From Mytilus trossulus (lineage: Eukaryota), in the NCBI RefSeq assembly GCF_036588685.1, contig NC_086378.1, positions 23,746,001 to 23,810,000 on the forward strand: 64,000 nt of DNA, given 5' to 3'. Numbering within the stretch: position 1 is the first letter of the stretch; every line of letters starts with the position of its first letter. The notes beneath the pieces are model-generated. The model saw nothing but the letters and a program-made list of their open reading frames with translations, made no database searches and was not told the origin of the DNA. Shown in pieces: positions 39,191 to 53,099 of the stretch. Position numbers and translations under genes: made by a program.

Positions 39191-40034
39191 CTAGAACACA
39201 CCCGTGAAATCGTGGGGAAATATACTGACTGGGGAATTTCAGGAGAGGTATCAAAACTGTCAAAAGGTACTTAGGGACTGGGAACATTTTTTTCCCTCCC
39301 CCTATTTTTCAAATACCGGTTTTTATACCTTCTGTTTTTCTGTACTCTTTGAACATTTTATAGATAACCATTGGAATTTATAGTAAATTATAACAAATAC
39401 AGTTATTCATAGTATTCATAGTAAATGTATGTAAGCATACAGAAATATATCCGCAGTGATAGCCGTTGATAGTAAACCATAGGCGGATCTTAGGGGGGCC
39501 TGGGGGCCCTGTTTCCAATTTCGTTGAAAGAAAATTGTTGCTTTTATGGGGAATCACTGAAGCATAAGAGGAGCGCCCCTCCCTCTTAGGTCAGTCAGCC
39601 CCCCTCCCTTATGAAAAGTTCTGGATCCGACACTGTTAACTAATTGATAGTGAATAGCAAATATTATTCATTTTTGTTTCCCTCCTAAATTAACCCAAAT
39701 TGAAACACATTAAGCAAAGATGATACATGCTAGAACTCAAAATGATAGCAAAAAGCAAATTTATATACTTTATTCATAGTCTTTGTATGTCAAAGAACAG
39801 AAAAACTCAAACTGGAAGTCTAATCTGGCTTAAAGTTTTGTCCAATGACGGGAAAATATTCGGAAGCTTTCTTTTTCGTTTTTATCCAAAATTACCCAAA
39901 CTGAATGATCATAAGAATGGATGACAAATGCGACTATAAATGTTACCTTTAGGACACAGAGGCATGGTGATTAATTTATTGTGGAAGGAGGGGAAGCAAC
40001 ACACAAAATGAGGTATTTCGTTTAGTAGTATAGA
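39191..40034 (-). mobile_element. Non-autonomous Helitron
   Basis: The minus strand begins TCTATACTACTAAAC and ends with hairpin CCCACGATTTCACGGG then TGTGTTCTAG. Inserted between A and T with no TSD. Confidence 0.8.
39478..39635. mobile_element. Second copy of the GC-rich 5-bp-TSD MITE, nested in the Helitron
   Basis: CATAGGCGGATC ... GGATCCGACACTG, shared core GGGAATCACTGAAG, flanks TAAAC/TTAAC. Confidence 0.75.
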
Positions 40035-42254
40035 TGACACTGAGAAGTTATTATTCTTAGAAAAAGCGACGGGCGTAACATGCGCTGTTTATTTTCATTT
40101 TATTGAATTACACTGTTATGATCAGTTAAGAGTACATTTGAACTTTGCAGTATATCTGAGGTAGTTAATGATTATTATGTACACCTTAGCTGTGCATGAT
40201 CCTGATCTATGAAAGATTCAAACAAAAACGACTCAACATCCATTCCTCCCCCAAAATGCAACAGGGTATATATTTAAATTTTGACAGTCATGACAGTACT
40301 GAGAGTGAAACAAAGCAAAGCATGCAGTTATATTCCCCCTAGAAAACTGAACACTATTAACAGAATTATATGTAATTTTTTACATAAACTATATGATTAA
40401 AATTTGATTGACTGGTATGGGTGATATGTGTTACCATGGCAACTGTTGAAATAATACTTAACGAGTGTAGTTTAGAGCTTTTATATGCTTCAATGCATGT
40501 CTTTTCATAAAGGTTTGGAAACAGTTGAGAACATTGAATTCCCTACACTGCAGAATTCAACAAATAATAACTCTGTTTCCAAGGAGAAAATACGTTAACA
40601 TGGTGATAAAATATAAGAGAGCACCACGCAATGTTTTTTTTTTGGTCAGGTAGTATTCAAAATTGTAACTATAATGCTAGCTATGATTTACATATTTTTA
40701 ATTTTTGGAAAAACACATGAGAAAATTTGACAATTCCACAATTTCATGATTCCGAAAAAAATTAATGTTTTTTTATTATTTTTTAACAAAAAATCTAAAA
40801 GTCGGGGTTGAACTGCAATATTAACTAAGCTCTGAAGCTAAACCAAAGCTATATAGATGAATGATTCATGGATATGAAATTTCTGAAAATAAAATTGATT
40901 GTATTCATAATATAATCATTATTCTATTCATAACCAGGCTTTCCGACCAAAAGTTATCTTTTCAAGAATCTACATGTATGATTTTTTTTAAATAAACCTA
41001 CCCCCCCTTTTCCCTAACCTTCGGTTCTAATCCCAATGTTTCATTATATATTACATATGTTGAACCTTCTGAACAGAACAGACAAGACTGTGAGTGAAGC
41101 AAAGCACGCAGTCATATTCCAACTTGATAATAAACAGCGTCTATATATATATATGTATTTTTTTACATAAATTTCTATTGATACATCTTAAAACAGATGT
41201 TGCTATGGGTAATGTGCATTTACATGGAAGCTTTTGAAGTCAGCAACTATTAACGATGGTAATTTGAAGTAAGCTTATGCTTAAATGTATTTTTTTAATC
41301 AGTTATGAAACAATTCAGTACATTTAAGCTCTAAAACTGCAATATTTTGCAAATAATAAGTCCGTTTCCAAGGAAAAAATCGGTTGCTATGGTGATAAAA
41401 CTAAAGAAAGTCCCAAGCTTTTTTCTATTTAATTTGGTAAAGTAGTATCCCAACTTCATCACTATAGTGCTAAATATGCTATACACAGTTGCTCTTTTCT
41501 GAAAAACACCATAGAAAATTTGATTATTTCGCCAAAATCCAAATTTCAGAAAAGTTGAAAATATGCATTTTTTGGCAAAATTTTTCAAAAAATTTACAAA
41601 TTCAATTTACATGCAATCTTAACTAAAATGATGCTTCAACAAAGTTGTATCAATGTTACATATGAAAATTAATTAAAAATGCTTGATTCTATTCCTAATC
41701 AGGCTCTGAATTGTAGTGATTTAGCTGATTTTTGAAAGATTTTACTATGTCTAACAACCAAAAAATAGAGTGTCCATTACCATGGCAACCACTCGTTTTA
41801 TCCCACTCATATTTATTTTTTGAGTAGTATTTAGTTACTGCTTCTTCTAGGCCATTTATAGATAAAATCTGAAACCCTCATAAATCACATGTATATGGCA
41901 CCCTGCCTGGTTCTTACAAAGAGCTGTACTTAATGGCTTGTGTATGTATGAATATTATATTTTTCTAATTGTTATGAACAAAACACAGATATTTTTTATT
42001 AGGTATATATAAGTAACAAAATTTCGAAAGAATGTGATAAAAATGGATAATTTCTAAAAAAAACGTTTCTCAAATTCAAAGACAAATTCTGTAGATAAGA
42101 TGATTTTACTATAACCCACTTACATTTATCTTTCTAATCTAAAATGTAAATTATGTTTTTCTTAAGAATAGAAATGACCAAGAAATAGAAAAGTTCAGTT
42201 TATGTCTAAAATTTCGTCCACATTTATGTCTGAAAGTATCACATGAAGGTATTG

Positions 42255-43038
42255 TTTTTATACGCCCGTCAAAATTTTGACGGGACGTATTATGGTAGGC
42301 AAATGTCCGGTGTCCGCCCGTCTGTCCGTCTGTCCGGCGTAAACATGTCGCACCGTAATTTAAGAACAACTTATTCAAATTTCATGAAACTTTACATAAT
42401 TGTTTCTTATGATGGTCAAATGATGTGTATACATTTTGGGGAAAATAAGATTAAAACTTTTTGAGTTACGGCACTTTGTAACTAAAACAGGGGTGTTTTT
42501 TTTCACATGTCGCACCGTATCTCATAAACGATTCTTGATTATGGCTTAAAACTTTAAACACTTCTTAGTCATATTAATCTTAATATCTGTATACTTTTTG
42601 GTGATGATTCAAAATTTTAATTTTGAGTTATTGAGTATTTTGTAAAAAAGGGGCAGGTTTTTTTTACATGTCGCACCATATCTCTAAAACAATTTATGAT
42701 TATGGCTTAAAACTTTAAATATTTCTTAGTTATATTAATCTAAATATCTGTATACTTTTTGGTGATGATTCAAAATTTTATTTTTGAGTTATTGAGTATT
42801 TTGTAAAAAAGGGGGAGGTTTTTTTTACATGTCGCACCATATCTCAAAAACAATTTATGATTATTGCTTAAAACTTTACACATGTCTTTGTTATATTAAT
42901 CTTAAGATCTGTATACTTTTTGGTGATGATTATAACAATATATGGTTATTGCTTAAAACTTTCTCAGAAACTATTTATGATTGTTGCATAAAACTTCCAC
43001 ACACGTCGGGCGTATCATGCGCTCATGGCGCAGCTGTT
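42255..43038 (+). mobile_element. HINE / DINE-1-like element with 161-bp tandem core
   Basis: 5' T-run plus hairpin ATACGCCCGTCAAAA/TTTTGACGGGACGTAT; (GTCY)n microsatellite; ACATGTCGCACC at 42343, 42505, 42666, 42827; 3' subTIR CGGGCGTAT (43007-43015) and hairpin TGCGC-TCATG-GCGCA. Confidence 0.85.
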
Positions 43039-43620
43039 CATTACAACATGTTTGAAATGAAATGGTGAACATTACCTTGTCTAATTAAAGCTTTCCTCAA
43101 ACCATAGCACACTAAAACAATAACCCAATTGCGAGATGTATACATTTTGTAAGTACTGAAACGCACTAAATTTCCACAGAGATTACTCATTATAAACTAT
43201 GTAGAATATTTGGAAAAGCATTGCACGATGCTTCAATGATTTTAAATAATAGCACAATAATATCTTAATTGATTGAAACAGATGTTTAAAACGACTTCAC
43301 AAACCATGTTTGGAATGAAATAATAACAGATATTGAGAACAGAAAAGAACAAAAACAAGACGAACACTCAGTCTTTTTTGGCTATACTATTTTTGTGACA
43401 AAACAATTAACCGTGTCTGACAGGGCAGCGATCAAAGATGCATAAAAATACATACTGAAAATAACTGTGGAAGTACACAAGGAAATCTATAAGGCACCGA
43501 AGAAAATTCTAAACGAAAAGTTCCTAATCAAATGGCAAACTCAAAAGTTCAAACACATCAAACGATTGGACAACAACTGTCATACTCCTGACTTGATACA
43601 ATCGTTTTCTTATGTAGAAA

Positions 43621-43880
43621 GTTATCAAAGGTACCAGGATTACAATTAAGTACGCCGAACGCGCGTTTCGTCTACATAAGACTCATCAGTGACGCTCATA
43701 TCAAAATATTTATAAAGCCAAACAAGAACAAAGTTGAAGAGCATTGAGGATCCAGATTTCCAAAAAGCTGAATACGGCTAATGTAATCTATACCTGGGAT
43801 AAGAAAATCCTTAGTTTTTTCATAAAATTCAAAAATTTTTAAACAGGAAATTTATAAAAATGACCACATTATTGATATGA
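43621..43880 (-). mobile_element. Retrozyme family A copy with near-intact hammerhead (43652-43695)
   Basis: Minus strand GCGUCA-CUGAUGA-GUCUUAUGUAGAC-GAAA-CGCGCG-UU-CGGCGU: intact core, GUU triplet, first stem I pair mismatched. Confidence 0.85.
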
Positions 43881-46663
43881 ACATGAGTGATTGAACCTAG
43901 TTTTATAGGAAAAGTACTAAGAAGTGAAACTTACAAAAAATGTATGGGGTGCCGTTTTCTCGATGGTATCATATCTTTGTAGTTTACAAATTAAATGAAG
44001 TATAAAAATCATTAATGGACAGCTTGATAGGCCGCATTTCAAAACATCTCTCATTTTCACTTCAATCTGAATAGTCGGACATGGTACCAGAGGTATGTGT
44101 TATACTAAAGACGAAATACCGTTAACAGTAATTGACAAAGTAGTTGTTCCTTGGAATTTCGGACGTGTCTTAGATTTAAATTATGGTTGGTCTATGGAAA
44201 TTTACGTCTTCAATAAAAAATAAATATTAACACACGTTAGAACATTAAACTCAACATTTGCGGCTTATAATTATAATGATAACCGAATACAAAGGGTTCG
44301 ATTGAAGCACTTATGTATCTGCAATTCAAAATGGACTACCAACGCATGTTAAATTCCTTTTACTGACACGTGTCTTTACCTTCTAATAGATAACAGTTTT
44401 TAACTAACAGTTCACAAACGGATATCGATAATCAATTCAAGTTACGACTTAGATATTAAGTAATACAATATGTTAAAAAACGAAAGCCAAACATAGTGTC
44501 AATTTTGTTTTCACTTAACATACGAAAGGTCAATGTATTAGGTGAGATCCATGTCAGTATAAAGAATGATTTTTTTAACAATTTTTATTGGCACCTCTCC
44601 ATGTAAGTCCAAAAATAGCCCCGTGTTGTTACGAGTGGAATAAAACAATCAGATAAGACTGAAATTTCAATTAACAACGATAAGTCTTTGCGTCTGGCGT
44701 ATATACAAAATTTAGTCCTGGTATCTATGATGAGTATATTTTTTTTTGATGATTTAATTCAAGCAAAAATAAGATATTGAAAATATTAACTATTTTCCCA
44801 GTATAGGTAGCTGCCAATGTGTTTACATATTGTTGTTGCTTGACCTTTTTATGACGTAATTGATATATGTGTATGGTATTTATTTTCAACTGACATTAAG
44901 CGTGATTCAGCAGGTAGACATTACTTTTTTCTATTTAACTGAATCACGCATCATACACGTGTACATATAAAACTGAAAATGGCAGCAGTAACAAGTCAAG
45001 TGTGATCATTTGTGAAATGAGTAATAGCAGAAAAAAATTATTAAAAGAAAATGTTGATAACTTAGTTTTGGAGGAATACATGTATAATCTTGAAGGAAAA
45101 TTAAGACAACAGCAAATTTTGAACTTGTAATGTAACAACACATTTTGCCAAGAAAAATATTATCTGAATAGTTTAGCTACTATTTTGGACAGTTAAACAT
45201 GTATCGGCATGAATACCCCTAGTTCTAATAAGTCATCATAATGTTTGAAAAGATATGAAAGAAACACGATCAGCATGTAAATGACCAGCTTATTATCTAA
45301 ATGAGATGAATATTATAACGCAATTTATCAGGGGGTAACTTTTATTCTCATATGTAGATTTACATATAAATAACTTATGGACATGCGAATATAATATGTT
45401 AACAAACAGAAGAGAGTTTATGTTGACGTTTTCTACTACTGATAATCTGGCACTTACTATAATTATACCAGGCTTATAATTTGACTGTCCCTCTGGTATC
45501 TTTCGTCCCTCTTTTACTACGCATGACTCGCGTTTCTTTAGACTTAACAGGGCGCTCATAACCAAATATTGTTTTGGAATTGTATGGCTTTCAGCTATTA
45601 CGATATGATTTGAGGCGCACTAGTACTGGAATTATAAAGATTAAAACTCATTTATCATCAATTTGACAAATGTCGAAGTAGAAAAATCTAGGTATTTTCA
45701 ATGATTTAAAAGTTTTAATTAAAGAGAAGTTCTGATATTAATTTTATCATATGAGCATTCACTTCTATTTTGGTGATAACTACAGGTAGACAAAAAAATC
45801 AAGCAGAAAATTTTGCGGGAACTGCTTCTCTCTATATTTTTCAATATTAAAGATAAGTACCTTTGTTTATTGTTTCAAAAACTGTGAACAATATCAAGCT
45901 TTATTAAAGAATTTTAAATATATCTTTTTAAACAATATTTTTTGAAGGTCAAGAAAAGAAAGGTAGTGATAAGCAGGCAACATTTGTATTGCAAGGAATG
46001 AATAAAAGTAGAGGATTCCGAATATCTGACAAAAAGGCAAAAACAAGACACATGCAAGTGTAGAAAAGATTCTTGATAACTCTATAATATAATGATGAAA
46101 TTGAGAAAGCCTGTAATGGGTTAACTTTGTTGTTGTTTGACCATCATATGACGTAATTACTATATCGGTGGTTTTTTTTCAAGTAACATTTAGCGTTATT
46201 ATAGAGTTTAACATTATTTGTTTTTTGTTCAGCTGAAACAGCCGTCATACCCGTAAGCGATTCCTTTTATAGAATGGAAATACATATATCTTCTCAATAT
46301 GCCTTGTCATTCTGTTCAAGGTCGTTACGTGACTTATAAAGTTGCATTCTATTTGATTCGATCTCTAGTGGAGAGTTGGCCATCTTATAAGTGTATAATT
46401 CCCCGTTCAAATCATCATGTGTCTGTTAGAGCCTTTAAAAGCTAACCAATCGGTATGAGTTTTTCTCATTGTTGAAGGCCATACGGTTGCCTTCATTTCC
46501 TAACATCCACTTCATTTTAACTTTGATGAATCTGTAGTTGTCTCATTTGCAATCATACCACATCTCCTAATTTTCATATGTCATACCTTTTTCATGTTTT
46601 ATTTATGTATGATTGTAAAATCACATAAAGTCAAACAAGTTAAAAAAAAAAAGGAACCATTAA

Positions 46664-47223
46664 GGAGGCTCGCGGGTATAAGATATTCAGACAAAGTTAA
46701 ACTTTAATTGTTCATTACAAATTTTATTTATTACCTTTAGTAGTTGTTATTTTATCATATAGTACAAAAATTATTCCAAAAAAATCTATTCGTGTTGGCT
46801 CCATTAGACTTTTAAAATGTATATATCATTGAATAAGCTCCAAATTGGTGCAACAATGCCACTGTTTGGCATTAAAATTGAAGAACTTTTTTTCAACTCA
46901 TCGGCGACCTTTATTTTTTATTGTTGTTTTCGAATAAGGTGTACATAAACTAAATAATTGTAATATTTTAGCGATTTCTGTAATTCAGTTCTTTTTTTCA
47001 TTGCGATATTACCGCTATTTTTCCTATTAGTTCAACAGAAAAAAAGGACATTAACAAAAATGTATGCTTCTTTCGAATTTTTCGATTGTGAGCGTAAAAA
47101 ATACGGTGACCCCATTTTTTTATTTCATTTTTTTATTAAATATAAGTTAAATTTCATTTATAGAAAAAAACATAGAGAAATCCTATATTAAATTAAAAAA
47201 ATGATTTAGACCCGTGAGCCCCC
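46664..47223. mobile_element. Non-autonomous Kolobok-like element
   Basis: TTAA on both sides (46660-46663, 47224-47227); imperfect TIR GGAGGCTCGCGGGTATAA / TTAGACCCGTGAGCCCCC. Confidence 0.82.
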
Positions 47224-50200
47224 TTAACACCAATATCAATCAATTTTGCAATAGATCTATCATTATTAATTGATAGAAAGTAGTTCTGAATTAAAAAAAC
47301 CAACAACTTACATTTCGAACATCAAATTGTCGTATTTAAATCAATATGAAAAATTGAATCAATAGACAGATATGTCGAGTAAAGTACTTAAACGGCAATA
47401 TGGTGAAAATAAATTTTATGATGAAGCATTATTTTCAATAGTTAACGTGACAATAGTCATGATTTTGTTTTCGACTATTGTTTGTCGTCGAATTTCTATG
47501 CTTTTCTCACATGGAGTTTGTTTTTGATACATGTGTTCGAATATCCATTAGAGATCGTCAGCCTTACTTTTTGAAAACATTAACTGAAATTGAAAACTAT
47601 AAAACCATGACAAAAATCTACGTATTATGAATAAGCGTGAATCTGACGACGTTCACGATCAATCTTCGCCATTGTAAAAGTCCGTACTGAAAGTCTAAAG
47701 GGTATACATTTTAGCAAAAAGACATTTGTATATGGCTGAATAAATGCATAATGTAAGTTGATCATCTCATCAATAATACTAATGAACCCAGAACTTTATG
47801 AAAAGAAGTAAACAAAACATTAGGTTGTTAGCAGTGTTGATGCTGCGATTTAAAAAATTCACATATTTCAACTAAAAAGGTTTGTTTACAGAGTTCAGTT
47901 TTAATGAATAATTTGAAAATATTTTTTTAACGTTAAATTGATTACCAGAATTTTAGAATTATTTTGATTACTTTAGAATAATTAAAAATGTTCACTGCCT
48001 TTCGAGTTTTGACACTTGATGGAAAATAATAATCTCATCCGCCGATCCTAAAATAAAATAAAAAAAATATATGACAGTGACTTAGTGCAAAGTAAAATCA
48101 CAAAAAATTATGAACTCTGAGCAAAATTCAAAACGGAAAGTCCTTAATCATATGACAAAATCAAGAGCTCAAACACAGCAAACGAAAGGACAACAACTTT
48201 CATATTCAAAAAGAAGTAAAGTTTGCGATGTGGAATGGGAAATATGTACATAATACGGTTTTGATTGTGTTCATTGTTAATATGTCATAGGAGTTTTAAC
48301 ATGATATAGTTGTTGATTTCTGTGTAACTTTGTATCTTGTGCAGAATTGTTTCTTTTGCAATAATACCACATCTGCAAAATGTATTTTTTTTCATTCGAG
48401 AGGCAAACAACATATTGAAAAACGTGGTTCTAATTATTAAACAGCCGGTCAGAAATCTTTGGTTTGTTAATACTAGTTTATCATTTTATAAAACTTTGAT
48501 GAAATGATTTACGTTGTATGAACAAGAATCTGACAATAGTTCTTTCAAATTTCGATTCTGGTATTTATAAGACAAAACAATGAAACTTTGTCCTTCACAT
48601 ACTTGAGATGTACAATTGGGAATGGAAATGAGAAATTTGTCGTAGGAACAAAAATCCGGAAAACATCCAATAGGCACCAATGGGTCTTCATCACAGCGTA
48701 AGAATCTTGAAGCCGGAGGTGGGTTTAACCTGGCCCCGGAACAAACATGTGTACTTGTTTAGTAAAAGTGGACGTCCCACTTAACACGCACATGCTGTTA
48801 TTTGGATGTTTCACGTCCGGCTTTCCTGTCTGGATATTGCGGACTGGAAAAACCTATTTTACAGACCGGTGTCTGTTTGTCTTTCGGGCCTTCATTTTAC
48901 TCCGACTGCGTTGATGTTGCTGGTACGAAAACATAAATAAACAAGGATTTAAACAAGGTACCAGACTAACAAATGCCAGAGGTCCCAAACTTGGAACAGG
49001 CGCAAACATGCAGTGGGGTTTATTATGTATCTTTTGAATAGAACAAGGAGATCCCGCTATGTCTTTAAAATCGAAAGAATTAATGATCATTGTCAGATAC
49101 TTGTTACAGAGGATATGTTTTTTAATCGAATGAAGGATCATTTGCCGTAGTAAATATATTTGAAACTGACGCTAACAAGGACGTATTTGATGCATGTCAT
49201 CACTTTTACTCCGATATAATACCAGATTCTTTGTCGTTTTATTTATATATAATATGTGAACTACTAATCTTAAGCCACTAAATCAGGAAATGAAACTCAA
49301 TAACTACGGGTAAATAAACCAGGACACATTTTAATAGCTTAGCCATCAGAAGAATCCGTACAGCTTCTTCTTGCAACTAAGAAGCTTCCTAATGCCACAG
49401 TATTAGATAGCGATATGAAAAGAATCTTTAAGTAAATAAAATGACAACTTTAAATTTAATGGAAAGAAAAAAGTAAATAAAGGAAAAAATTTACAAAAGA
49501 TTAAAAAAAAGTGTGGTTCATGTATATACATAAAAGAAAGCAATACATTATCTCTATAAGTCAATTGATTTTGATTTTTATCTTATGGTTTAATTTGAGA
49601 ATTCAGCTCATCAATTATGTAAAGTACTTAAAAACATCCATGGATTTAAAAAGGGTTGGGTTGAGTGATTCTTATGAAAGTAAAATATTACTAGCACTAT
49701 GGAAATTATCTTACTGTTTGAAATTGACCAATTATAAGAAAATCTATAAAACAAACCAAACTGCATCAAATACTGTATTTTCAAAGGTTCCAAAGCCAAC
49801 CAAAGTCTCCTACATGTATATGTGTACGTGCACTTACATGCAGTCGCTTTCTACCATTCTTAGCTCATATAATAATCAAATATAACAAGTCTGACAAATG
49901 CATTTCTATTTCACATGTACATATGAAGAGTTATTGTTGCTTGCTTTACGTTTAATTGCAACCATTTCAAGCATGGCCAAGAAGGGAATAAATCAATACC
50001 ATATATATCAAGTAAATACCACTGTTAAGGTCGATGACTAACTGAAGATACATAATGTAAATGAATGGCAATACTAATATGAGATTTTCCAAAAATAATA
50101 CACTAAATTTAAATGGTATAAAGACGATCAAACAATACAAAAAACAGCAAGGTTATAAATTTCCAACGCGATTTTCTTGATTCAATTTCAGCAGGAACCC

Positions 50201-51816
50201 CCAAAGCCGAATAATTGAAAAACAATTATGTTTGAGAGCTAAAAACGTTGAAAAGCTATAATAAACAATAATGAACAAATGAACTAATACAAGAATTTCT
50301 CTAAAGCTAATTTCACCTGAAGGCGTTGACATTGTGGTTTCTGTATAATTTCAAAATCAATAAACGGTCAATTTTAAATAATTTGATATACATAATGTCA
50401 GTTCCAAGGTACTGACCTCTGAGTGATAAGCTTTGATACTCTCATTTCGATGTAACTTATTCAAACAAAGTATGTAAGAAAGTAATATAAATTCATTTTT
50501 TTAGTCCTGATTGCTGGCCAGTTTTGTACATTTTTTTTACTCATGCATCACTGATAAGTCTTTTTTGTAGACGACGCTCAATTTTTATCCTAATATTTAT
50601 GGAGAGGTTATCTACAGGAATAGTTCATCAACGACATTTAAGTAATACGTCATATGTTGTGGATTAAAGATGTTTATTTTTCATTACACATGAACACCTT
50701 TATAATAGTTTTAGTAAAGTGATAATTGACGAAAATGTCATATTCATTTTCGGCCTGTTTATCGTATAAAAATAACTCTAAATAACTTTTGTTTTTGTAT
50801 TTTCGATTCTTATTACACTTTGTCTTAGGTGTTCTGTTATTTCTTTGATCGAAACAAAAGATAACTGTTAAGGGTTTCGTAATCAGAAAATTTAATTTCA
50901 CATGTACGCAAACTGAAAATTCCAGAAATATTGCCTTATTTGTATTAATATACATGTATTAAAGATAGTATGCCAAAATACAAGATTAAGCTCAAATTTG
51001 CTAATATAGGACCTAATTCCACCTAGGAATCAAACGATTTAGCAAATAGGCTTTGTAAAGTTTTTCTTTGAAAACTGACAAAATTATAAATGAGTAATGT
51101 GCGTCAATCGAATATATAGCCCCAGCCTTTCAACTGAAACAACACTGATACGTATTCATCATGACATTACCAGTATATTTGAAAATAACAATTGTGCAAT
51201 ATGGTTCTGAAATATGGTGTCTCACAGGGTTCCGTCTTGAGACCAAGATTTTATTCTATGTTTTCGAAACGAATGGTATCTGTAAGAAACATTTGATACT
51301 ATGGCACTTGTATGCAGAGGGTTTACAATTTCACCATCAACCATTAGCTAATTGAGTTGACATCTCCGAGCGTCTAAAGTTTTGTTTGAAATAAATTAAC
51401 GCTTGGTTTTGTACACAATATAGGAACATCAGAAATATATACTAGTACAAGAATTGTTTGTTAATATTTTAATAAAAGTCGTAGCATTGGACATGTTGGA
51501 CGTATTCTTTTCCATATAACGAATAACGCTGGCAAGAGTCTATATAAAAAAGAAGATGTGGTATGATTGCCAATAAGACAATGTAAAAATAATTCAAACG
51601 AGAAAACTAACGGCCTTATTAATGTAAAAAAAATGAACGAAAAACAAATATGTAACACATAAAAAAACGACAACCACTGAATTACACACAGGCTCCTGAC
51701 TTGGGACAGGCACATCACCTAAGTAACATAAATAACATGGCATGGTTAAACATGTTAGCGGGATCCCAGTTTAAACTGGTGCTGAATGCATTAGCGAAGT
51801 TGGTCCTCTGTATCTT

Positions 51817-52009
51817 AAATAAGTCATACATATATATTTAAAGACCAATATCATCCTTACGATGATACAATGCTGGTTTGATCGAGATGCCAACACATAT
51901 GGATCATAATGTATGGTTTATTGAGACAAGATACTTGCATCTACGTTGGTTATTCTCTTTTATGAAATAAAACTATACCAGGTCTTATATATATATGTAT
52001 GACTTATTT
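51817..52009. mobile_element. Small MITE-like element with ~29-bp TIR
   Basis: AAATAAGTCATACATATATATTTAAAGACC / GGTCTTATATATATATGTATGACTTATTT. Confidence 0.6.
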
Positions 52010-53099
52010 TTTTAGATTGGAGTGGAGAATACGTGTGTTAAGTGTAGAAAAATCAAAAGTTTGATTATATTACAAGATGAAAGAGTTTTATAATGTATGC
52101 ATATACTCTAAAAGGTATTTGGATTTTTTTCTTATCCGCATCTGATCCATGCCAGAATAGGCAGTTTCATAATAAATTTGAAGCGCGACTTTGTTTGCTG
52201 ATAAAACAGATGTTAATAATTTAGAAAGTGGTTTCAGAAGACCAATAAAAAAACTGTTGTTTCTAAGAACACTTATGAAGTTTATGTATTCAATGTTATG
52301 CTGAACAATCCAGTTCTCTGTGTTAGTTTGAAATTCACAAGGAACATAGAACAGACTTATGCGTGTCCAGGGTTTTATCTTCAGTACGTTATTAAGTGTT
52401 GTTGTGGAATATGTCAATACCTTTTATATACATCAAGCAGTTTATATTATTTTTTTTTTTCATTTTTTATACAGAAAAACATATTGTGGGCTTTATCTGC
52501 GGGGACAATAACATATTTGTCATAGAAGTAGACCAAGTGTTTTGCAACATTTTTGGTATTAACAGATTAATGTAGCATGGACATTTATAAACCTATTCAG
52601 ATTCTTATTTCAATTTGTACCAACGACCTCACATCCGTAATACATTTAAAAAGAATATCTTTGTTTTCTTACTCGCGTTTAACCCATTGCCTGGCATAAT
52701 CTTCGACTATATCCATCAGTATTTTGAAAGTCAGTCACACATTGTTGTAAATATAATTTAATGTAAATGCGATTATTATACAAGTGAGAGGTGAAGCTTG
52801 CTAAAAAATAGGTGTAATCCACCATTTCTACATAAACAAATGCCTGTACTTATTGCGTATTATGACAGTTGTTATCCATTTGTTTGATTTATTTAAGCTT
52901 TCAGTTTTGCCTTTTGATAAGGTACTGTCCGTTTGAAAATTTCCTGGGAGTTATGTTTTTTGTTACTTTACTTTTTTTGGTAAACAACTGTTTACAATTA
53001 GATGTTCTATTTTGTTTGTAGATATTATAAATACAAATTAGCAGCATTCAACATTTTCGAAAGATAATAGTGTTAGTCAATATACATGTATATTCGATT

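Larger units (their letters stand above)
36091..41929. mobile_element. 5.8-kb non-coding TIR element with subterminal tandem repeats and nested insertions
   Basis: 16-bp perfect TIR GTACAGCTCTTTGTAA / TTACAAAGAGCTGTAC, extending imperfectly to ~35 bp (CAGGCAG..GGTG). TTAA on the right, TTAAAA on the left. The same GTTGCCATGGCAAC-type motif occurs in both arms. Confidence 0.8.
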
